From the sequence record CM051313.1: 32,000 bases of DNA; one strand, 5' to 3'. The notes under the pieces are model-generated. The model was not told the origin of the DNA. It made no database searches and saw only the letters and a list, made by a program, of their open reading frames with translations. Both the position numbers and the translations under genes were made by a program. Below, one piece after another: positions 9,815 to 21,300 of the stretch (positions are counted from its first letter, which is position 1; each line of letters starts with the position of its first letter).

Positions 9815-9859
9815 GTATTCGTCCCTAAAAGAACGTTAGTACGCTGTTGCGAAATCCTT

Positions 9860-10165
9860 TCTGGATATTTGTATATTCCAAAGGGCGGCTGTGGCTGTAG
9901 ATATTTACATACTCCATGCTTTGCCTAGATATTTATATTAGGATTTTAATACTCCCATGCTTTGCATAGATATTTATATTCCCGTAAGGGGATGCCGGAG
10001 GCATCGAAGGAGGCAGTTGGCAGGACGCCAGTGGCAGTGGTACCGCCACTGCCTATATTTATATACTCCGAAGGAACTTCTTAGCCGATAGGCGAGGCAA
10101 CTGCCACTGGCATCCCGTAAGGGGATGCCGAAGGCAGGCTATATTAATATCAACTGACGTCCTAA
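9860..10165. repeat. SDR cluster between psbF and psbL, with a GATGCC/GGCATC variant of the GACGTC motif
   Basis: GGCAGTGGTACCGCCACTGCC at 10033-10053, CATGCTTTGC(C/A)TAGATATTTATATT repeated twice, and hairpins at 9991-10005 and 10109-10129. Confidence 0.9.
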
Positions 10166-10449
10166 TTTATGGACTTTTTTAGAACTGCCTGCAGCTTTTG
10201 GGCAAGAAAATTGATTACAATAGCCTAACCTTTGAGTCCATCCACAGTAAGGATAGCTTAAAATCCCTAAAGGGATCGTTATTTTACCTAGAACACACTC
10301 AAAAGGAAAAGGATATTATGACTTTAATAAATAACCAAAACGTTATTTTTATAGTTATAGACATTAGTTAATGAGTAAAATAATTTATAGGCTATCTTTT
10401 TTAATGTAAACTCATTAAATAAGTTAGACCGATGTTTAAAAATTTTTTT

Positions 10450-10566
10450 ATGGCTAGACCAAATCCAAATAAACAAGTTGTAGAATTAAACCGTACTAGT
10501 TTATACTGGGGTTTACTTTTAATTTTCGTATTAGCTGTTCTTTTCTCTAGTTATATCTTTAACTAG
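10450..10566 (+). CDS. psbL: Photosystem II protein L
   Basis: Hand-translated 38 codons: [38 protein letters not shown], then TAG. Canonical PsbL ([27 protein letters not shown]-like). Confidence 0.96.
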
Positions 10567-10628
10567 AATTTCTTATTCGATTTTTTTTGTTGATAAACCT
10601 TTACCAACAAAAAGTTTATAAACGCGGA

Positions 10629-10659
10629 GGGGATAACATAAATAATAAATGTTATCCCC
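10629..10659 (+). terminator. Inverted repeat 3' of psbL (candidate 3'-end stem-loop)
   Basis: GGGGATAACAT (10629-10639) pairs perfectly with ATGTTATCCCC (10649-10659), with a 9-nt loop. It begins 63 nt after the psbL stop. Confidence 0.55.
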
Positions 10660-10735
10660 TTCCCCTTTGGGTAAATAAATTTTAGTGGAAGGTACTTGCC
10701 ACTGCCGTCCTAAGTAAATAATATAATTTGTCAGG
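10660..10735. repeat. Small SDR fragment
   Basis: TTCCCCTTTGGGTAAATAAATTTTAGTGGAAGGTACTTGCCACTGCCGTCCTAAG resembles the GGGTAAATAAATTTTAGTGG and CCACTG.CGTCC repeat units seen elsewhere in the window. Confidence 0.7.
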
Positions 10736-11081
10736 GCAGTTTCATAACGTGTGTAATTGTTTTTTATAAAAAATATCAAATCTGTTTTTTGTTTAGTAAA
10801 TACATCTTGAAGTGTGATGACTCCTATTTTAACAGTTTTAAGAACATAAAATATATTTTTTGGTTAGGAGATTTTTTTGAATTTATAAAACTTTAGTACA
10901 TTATCATTATATGGTACCAATAACAAACTTCTTATTTATTTTGTTGGTAGTCTCTTCGGGACATCTTTTTTTGATAATACCACCCTATCTCCCTATGGAG
11001 AAAGCACTTTAAGTGGTAAACGTTAGATATTATTTATACGAGTAAAGTTCTAAATTCAAAATATTTTAATTTTTTTCAATT

Positions 11082-11195
11082 ATGGTAGAACCTCTATTAT
11101 GTGGTATTGTTTTAGGCTTAGTTCCAGTAACGATTGCAGGTTTATTCGTAACTGCATATTTACAATATCGTCGTGGTGATTTAGCTACATATTAA
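11082..11195 (+). CDS. petG: Cytochrome b6f complex subunit V (PetG)
   Basis: Hand-translated 37 codons: [37 protein letters not shown], then TAA. Matches the PetG consensus ([23 protein letters not shown]). Confidence 0.94.
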   Translation: MVEPLLCGIVLGLVPVTIAGLFVTAYLQYRRGDLATY

Positions 11196-11206
11196 TATTT
11201 ATAAAC

Positions 11207-11236
11207 TAAACTACCTCCAATGAAAGAGGTAGTTTA
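11207..11236 (+). terminator. Inverted repeat 3' of petG (candidate 3'-end stem-loop)
   Basis: TAAACTACCTC (11207-11217) pairs perfectly with GAGGTAGTTTA (11226-11236), loop CAATGAAA. It begins 12 nt after the petG stop. Confidence 0.55.
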
Positions 11237-11988
11237 TAACCCAATCAAAATGTTTTACCTTTTCTTCTTCTATGGACGGAATACAAATAACAATTGCATT
11301 GTTACTCTCGACTGGTTTCTAGCTTTACTGTCAGGTGTTTATATTATGCTACTGTACCTTTTCCCAAGCAAGAATATACTTAAGGTATAGAAATATAAAC
11401 AAGCATCCCGAAGAAAAAAGGGGTTATTTTCTATGTTTATTACACTAAAGACATTTGATTTGGTTTAATCTATATAATTGAAAATAGCTTTATTCTTTTA
11501 TTAACGTATGGGAACCTTTTACTGTTTAGTTTGTTTTTGCCTATTTGTAAAGGTCTATGTAAATATATCCTTTTTGCTTTGCCGCAACTAAAAAGTTTAC
11601 TTAGATACTTTCGTAGCTCCATTTACTTGCCGGGGATTTGTTAGCTCTTTTCAAAGAAATGATTTTTCACGTTGGAAAAATCAACTTTGTATTTAGTACT
11701 CTACTAACAAATACTATTTAATTCCTAGTTATGGAGTAGTATTGGATGGTTAATTCTTATTTTAAACAGAGTAAGCATTACTTACTTGTAATTTTAATTA
11801 TAATTAAATTTATTTATAAACAGGTTCTAAAGAAGCTATAACACACATTGTATTTTATTTTTTTAACGTTGTACAAATGTTTAGAATAAAAATACATGTT
11901 TTGCACCTTGAAATGGCTCCAGTTTTCTAAACTAATGTTTCAAAGGGGATGTGTTCAACATCAATTAGCTTACTTTAATTTCATTTAA

Positions 11989-14136
<2,148 letters not shown>

Positions 14137-14211
14137 TTAACTTTTAACTAAAAACTACTTTTTAGTCTAACATCAAACCTTTTGTTACGCTCTAAGATTA
14201 GTTACCTTTTT

Positions 14212-14840
14212 CGCAGAATGTAAACCCTTTCTTATATATTTCAAAGGAAGCAGTTGGCGGTTCTACTGCCAACTGTCATCCTTTGCAGTATGTCAAGCTG
14301 CTAGCGATATTTATATACTAGGGTTTGCATACTCTGAAAGACGTCCCCTTCCCCTTACGGGACAATAAATAAATTTGTTGCCTGCCAACTGCCTCCTTCC
14401 CCTTCGGGCAAGTAAACTTGGGAGTATTAAAATAGAATAAAATTTATTTGCTGCGCTAGCAGGTTTACATACTCCGAAGGAGGACGTCCCCTTACGGGAA
14501 TATAAATATTAGTGGCAGTTGCCTGCCAACAAATTTATTTATTGTATTAACATCCTATATTTATATACTGCGATAAACTTTAGTTGCCCGAAGGGGTTTA
14601 CATACTCCGAAGGAGGAAGCAGGCAGTGGCGGTACCACTGCCACTGACGTCCTCCTTCCCCTTCGGGCAAGTAAACTTAGGAGTATGTAAACATTCTATA
14701 TTTATATACTCCGAAGGAACTTGTTCGCCGATAGGCGAGGCAACTGCCACTTACGTCTTGCCAACTGCCACTAAAATTTATTTACCCGAAGGGGACGAAT
14801 TTATTTATTGTCCCGTAAGGGGAAGGGGACGTCCTTCGCC
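14212..14840. repeat. SDR cluster between rps3 and rpoC2
   Basis: GGCAGTGGCGGTACCACTGCC at 14622-14642, near-exact copies of the 111-238 repeats, CTTCGGGCAAGTAAACTTGG at 14402-14421, TGCTGCGCTAGCAGG at 14449-14463, and CCGATAGGCGAGGCAACTGCCACT at about 14728-14751. Confidence 0.92.
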
Positions 14841-15384
14841 ATATACATATTACGTAAAAGAATGTCTTCAAATAATTATAATCATACGTTTTGATAAAAT
14901 GACTGGGGACTTTTTTAAACTTGAACATTTGTAATTTTATTATTTTTTCTGTTTTTTGTTTGTTATCAATTGTTAAACTATATTTAACATAGATTTAGAC
15001 GATCCAATCAATGATTCTATTATCTTTTTTTTAAGAAGACCAGAGTGTATATCTACAAATTTCAATTTTGTAAAATAAGGTAATACTGAACGGGCTGTTT
15101 GCCATAAATTGGATTGCTTTTTTATTTACTTTGAGCTAACTATTATTTTAGATTGTTGTGTTTTTACTTTTAAAATTATATAAAAAGCTAGTTATCCTGC
15201 TACCTCTACCTTACCGTCTCCTAACAGAATATAAATATACTCCGACGACGTTTAGTATTATACTTAGTGGCAGTTGAAATCTAGTTCCTCCGGGAGTGCT
15301 TGGTAACTGTCTAGTCGGCAAATTAACCAAGATAAATATAAAAAATGATTTTAAAACGTTTGACTTTAATCTTCCATTCGTTAT

Positions 15385-18300
15385 ATGAATATATTTTTTC
15401 AACGAAAACTTGTAAAATATTTTGGAAATATAAAAAAGAAAAAACATAATTTAACTGTCTCAGAGGAATGTAATCACTATGTGTTCGTGAAAAAAACGTA
15501 TGCATCGTCGGTTTTTTTTAAATCTTTAAACAAAGTTAATAAAACTTGTAACACTTATAGCGGAATATTATATAATCAGTACCCTTTAGGGTACATAAAC
15601 ATGCATAAACAATTACCTTCTTTAATACGTAATAAAAGCAAAACAATTGGAAACTACGGTGTAGCTCATCCATCAAGACTGGTAAAATGTTTAGTTACAA
15701 AAAATGCCACTGCTCCTTTTTTTAATTTTACATTTGATAAAGGTCGTTTAAAAAATTTAGTATCATGGACTTTAGAAAATTACGGACAATATAAAACAGT
15801 AGAATTATTAGAACAATTAAAAAAAACAGGTTTTGAATATGCTACTAAAGCAGGTATTTCCTTAGGTCTAGATGATTTAAAAATTCCACCAAAAAAAAAA
15901 ATTTTATTATTAGAAGCAGAACAATTAACAAAATTAACTATTCATCAATATCAACGTGGAGATATTACAGCAGTTGAACGTTTTCAACGTTTAATTGATA
16001 CATGGCATCGAACAAGTGAGCAATTAAAACAAGAAGTTATTAATTATTTTGAAGAAACAGATATTTTAAATCCAGTTTATATGATGGCTTTTTCAGGAGC
16101 TCGTGGTAATATTTCTCAAGTTCGACAATTAGTAGGTATGCGAGGTTTAATGTCTGATCCACAAGGTCAAATTATTGATTTCCCTATTCAAAGCAATTTC
16201 CGTGAAGGATTAACTTTAACCGAATATATTATTTCTAGTTATGGGGCTCGTAAAGGGATTGTAGATACAGCCTTACGTACAGCAAATGCGGGTTACCTGA
16301 CACGTCGTTTAGTTGACGTCGCGCAACATGTAATTATTTCACATTATGATTGTGGCACACATAAAGGTATTTTTTTAACCGACATGAAAGAAGGAAATAA
16401 AACCATAGTTTCAGCCCAAAGCCGTATTATTGGTCGTGTTTTAGCACGTGATATTTATAAACCAAACAGTACTATTAAAATAGCAAAGAGAAACCAAGAA
16501 ATTTCAACTGATGTTGCTTTTGAAATTGGCAAAGTAACGAATCGTATTTTTGTCCGATCTGCTTTAACATGTAATACCACTAAATTGCTATGTCAATTGT
16601 GTTACGGGTGGAGTTTAGCTCAAGGGAATTTAGTTTCTGTTGGCGAAGCTGTTGGGGTTATTGCAGCGCAATCTATCGGAGAACCTGGTACACAGTTAAC
16701 AATGCGTACTTTCCATACAGGTGGTGTTTTCTCAGGCGACGTTTCGGATGAAATACGCGCTCCTTATAATGGTTTTGTTTATTATGACAATAAAATTCCG
16801 GGTATTTTAATAAGAACTCTCGATGGTAAAATTTTATTTCTAACAAAATCAGAAGGTACTTTAATTTTTACAGCAGATCCTAATTTTAATAAACCACAGG
16901 CACTTACTGACAGTTTTTTAAATTCCGGCCATGGTGAAAAAGAAAAATATGAAATTAAAAAATATAAAATCCCAGCTTATACGTTGCTTTTTATTCGAAA
17001 CGGAGAATCTGTTTTACAAAAACAGGTATTAGCTCAAATTACCATGATTTCCACAAAACCAAATATGCGTGATACTGCTGAACTTGTGATTAAAGCCGAA
17101 TTAGAAGGTCTTTTTTATGCAAAAAATTTACAAGTTCAAAAGAAAATTTTAGGCCCTAAGCCTAAATTTATCGGTGAAGGTAAACAAAATGTTTTGCTGG
17201 ATCCAAAAGCAATGGAAATTATTGTTAAAGCTCGTGGTTGGAATTTTGCTTGGGTTTTATCTGGGAAACGTTATGAATTCCCCTTACTCTTAAAATCTTT
17301 TGCGTCGAGTGGCGATTTAATTACCCCAAATACTATCATGGCAAAACATAATTTACAATTATCTTCGCCTTTTTTAAATGTCGGTACTGCATTACAAGTA
17401 GGTAACTCAACAGATATACCAAAGCTTCCTTTATTAGGTGCAACAAGCAAATTCCGTGCCATGTCCGGAGTATTGACATCTTCTATAGTACGTCGATATC
17501 CGACAAAAATCAATAGCTCTTCACGTCCAAAAGTAAATCAATTTGGTAAATCAAACTTGTTTTATACTCAAGTATTACAAAATAAAGTAAATGCACTTAA
17601 CGGAGAAGTCGACAGTTATTCGGCAACTGCCAAATTACCATATTGGAAAAATTTAAATTTACAATTTGTTCAAAAACTAAACCTTTCGAAGTTTTTTAAA
17701 CAATATAATTTAAAAAATAAAACTAAAACTAAATTAGCATTTTATTCACTTGTACAAGCGAAGCCTCTTCAGGCAAGTAAACTTGATTCATTTAAAGCTA
17801 ACACTTTCCAATCTAAACAATTAGGACGTCAGTGGCAGTGGTACCGCCACTGCCTATTAACAAAAGAAAGCAATAAAAAAACAGTAAAATTAATTCATAA
17901 TATTCAATTACAACAGTCGGTATTATTTTTAAAAATCAAAAAAATTAAATTTTATAAAATGGGCTATTTCCAATTAGTAAATTCCAATAAAACTGCATTT
18001 TTAGTATCACCGTGTAGTGGTTTATCACATAACAAAAATCGTCTGACTTTATACCATAATAAATTTAACTACAATAATAGTTATAATGACATTATTGTAT
18101 TACCAACTTCTTTAACTCAAGATATAAGCTCAAAAAAACAGATTGCATTAAAGCGTTTTAAACCAGCATATAATTTATTTCAATGGTTTTATCCATCTTT
18201 AATTAAACCAAGCTCAAAAGAAGCACAAAATTTAACCGTACAACAAGTTGAGTTCTTTAACGCGCGCGAACAAATGCATTTTAATAGTCGCTATAGTAAA

Positions 18301-21300
18301 ACAGATTTTGTACAACTTTTACAAAATCCATTTAAACTTGATTTCAACAAAGCTTTACATCGACCTCTTTGCATATCTGAATCTTACAAAGAAATTCCTA
18401 CAGGAGAAGTTAGTATTTCTCCGCAAAATTCAGTTAACTTGCCTATGAATACAACAACTGTTGTTGCAGACGGAGTACCAGACAAAAAACCTAACTATAC
18501 GAATATGTATGCATTTTGGTTAAAACAACAAGTTTTAAAAAGTTATAAAAAACGTTATAAAAAATATAAATTAACTTCCATACTGAAATCACACTTATCT
18601 GATAAAATTTATTTACCTGCTAGTGTAGAATTACAGCATCAAAGTCAACAAAATAATTTGTTAAGCTTAACTAAAGAATTCAAAGCGTTAAATTCTTCAA
18701 AATATTTAAAAAATAACCAATTGCAATCTAGACCATTATTATATAAACAAGAAAAGTTGTTAAAAACATTAGTTTTAAAAAAATGGTTTAAATCTAATCT
18801 ACTTTATGTTAATAGTGCTATTTCTAAAGAGGAGAACATGGATGGAAGTTCGACGCAGATGTCAGCACATTCACTTCCAAAACGTCAACGTAAAGGTGCT
18901 AAAGTATCTAAAATTAATAGGTTCTTAAAAATTGATAATTATATAAAGCAGTTAACTTATTTTAAAACTTCTAAAATTATGCGTATTAAACATAGTTTTA
19001 ATTCTTTACGTGTTGATTTTAAGTTTACTTCCTCTAAACTTGTTTGCCCGAAAAGGAAAAGAAACTTGCAAATTGTGTGTACCCTAAGGGGAGAAGAGCA
19101 GACCTCTGTTAGAGAGTCAAGTGTAACACATGTAAATAATTTAATTTGTTCTAGTAAGTATAAGCGTTCTATTCGACTGCAAAATGATAGTCACCTTTTT
19201 ACAACAACAAAAAAAGCTAAGGTGCCATTTACCGGTTATTCTGACTCACATCAGGCAGGGAAAGTGCTACAGAGTTCACAAATAAGCTCAACAAAACCAA
19301 AAACTCAATCTAGTTTTACATTTTTTGAATATTTTAAATTAAAATTGGCACAATCTGGAACAAAGGCCATTCTTAAACATTTTAAATCGCTAAAAGCGGT
19401 AAACATTAGTAAAGTGTCAATGGATCAGTCTCGTAACAAAGGTTTTAATAATTGGGGTAAATCCTCTTCGGAATGTTTAAATACTTCGTTAGGCGATAAG
19501 CAAGCTTTATATTTTAAAACTAAGACTGAAGCTAATTTACAACTTTTAACACTTGTGTTAGAAAATTTTTATAGAAAAAAACAATTTGCTAATTTATTGG
19601 CTAAAAACTTAACAATATTAAATAAAAATTTAAAATTAAAAAAAAATCATGTACATTTTCTTCTTTATTATTATAATAAGTTAAGTGTACAAAAACCAAA
19701 TGCAATTTTTTTACTCACACATATGCTAGCAAAAGCAAATAAAATTCAAATATCATATTCTTATGTAGTACCTACTTCTCCAAAGAGTAAGCTTAATTTA
19801 GACAGAGGGAATCTAACAACTACTAACCAAAAAAACGTGGCTTCGTTGGGAGGATATCAGCCTGCTAGCGCAGGAACTAAATATTATTCTGAAGGTATTC
19901 GTAACCGCACCCGTAAAAACAATAAAAGTAGTATGACTAAAATTACTAAAATTTTTAATCAGCTTAAACTAGACACTCAATTTGTAATAATTTTACTAAG
20001 TCCTCACAAATTATTGCACCATTCACACCAACTACCACAGAATACTTTAGGTATTTATGATAAATTCAATAGTAATTTTGAAATGGCAAAAGTAACATTA
20101 TTAACACATCCTCTTTGGTTTAATCAATTTCAAATGAAATCTATAAAAGAAGTTGGAAATAAATTTATTAATACGCGAAATAATTCTCTGCTAGAAAACT
20201 ATGTTATTTTATTATTATCTAATAACTATGTATTTAACTTTTTAAGTATTAAATCAGAGCAGATTAATTTACCAGAAGAACAAGAATCGAACTTATCTCT
20301 TCAAGAATATAAATCCCCTGCCAACTGCCAAGAAAAAGCATTACCTTCTGATAATAAAAAAATAATATTTGATTTAAAAAAATTACAGCATATTGTACTT
20401 ACTGAACAATATAAAAATAATTTACGTTGGGTTAAAAATAAAAAACCACGTTTTTTACCAAAAGATATTGATATAAATACTCTTGAAGTTAATTTAGATA
20501 GAATTAAACCAAAAAATAAATTAAGTAATTTAAATCCTACACAACAACTTCAACTTTCTAATTCTTTATTGGAGTTTGTTAAAACTATTAAAATAAATCC
20601 AACAGATTTAGCTAAAGTGTATAGCGGTAGTGCCAATACGGTTATGTCGATAGAAAACTGTCAACCTAGTTTAGAGGTTTCAAACACGTTTTTCTTAAAA
20701 ACACAAAAACTGTTGAAATTAATTAATAAAACAAAACATTCAATCGCCTTAAACCAAACTAAGTTTATTAATACGTCATTATTAAAAGGACACTTGGTTG
20801 CCTACGCTAGACCTGTTTTTATTATAACTAATAAAGCTGAGCCATTTATTGCAAAACAGAAAAAAGATTTACTTTTATTACCAAAAAATGCTACAATAAA
20901 TGTTTTAATTAAACCGCAACAAGAAAAAAATAGTCTTAACCAAGCAATTTTTCCTTTAGGAGGGAATGCTGCCAATAATCATAGTATTTTTGTAAGTCCA
21001 AATACAAACAAATTGGCTAATCCGAATGTGAGTTATCTAAAGAAACATATTTATTTTAATCAAATGCCATTTTTTGATTCTCCATTTAGAAACGCTTCTT
21101 ATTTGTTTAGTTATACTGAAAACAGCATCAAACCTTTAACTAAAGTTGACTTTATGCACTCTTTCGCACAAAAAAACCACAAGTTACTACCTGAAAGTGA
21201 GAGAGAAAAAAGGTTACAATTCAAAGCCTTACATATTCCTAAACAACCTTGTTTAAATATTTGTTTTAAATCTAATTCAAATTTAATTTTCAATTCAAAA

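Noticed and set aside
10573-10779. ORF 10573-10779 (-), 68 aa
   Set aside because: It spans the psbL 3' hairpin and an SDR fragment (GRQWQVPSTKIYLPKGEGD), so it is a repeat artefact.
14147-14166. ACTAAAAA-CTAC-TTTTTAGT stem just after the rps3 stop as a 3' stem-loop
   Set aside because: The stem is 8 bp and almost all A-T, far weaker than the inverted repeats after psaB, rpoC2, psbE, psbL and petG. It is possible, but I do not consider it supportable as a feature.
14584-14934. ORF 14584-14934 (+), 116 aa
   Set aside because: Translated SDR cluster (AVAVPLPLTSSFPFGQVNLG, IYLPEGDEF), with the same peptide motifs as the other spurious repeat ORFs.
15211-15505. ORFs 15211-15447 (-) and 15323-15505 (-)
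   Set aside because: Low-complexity AT-rich translations that overlap the rpoC2 start region in antisense. No recognisable domain.
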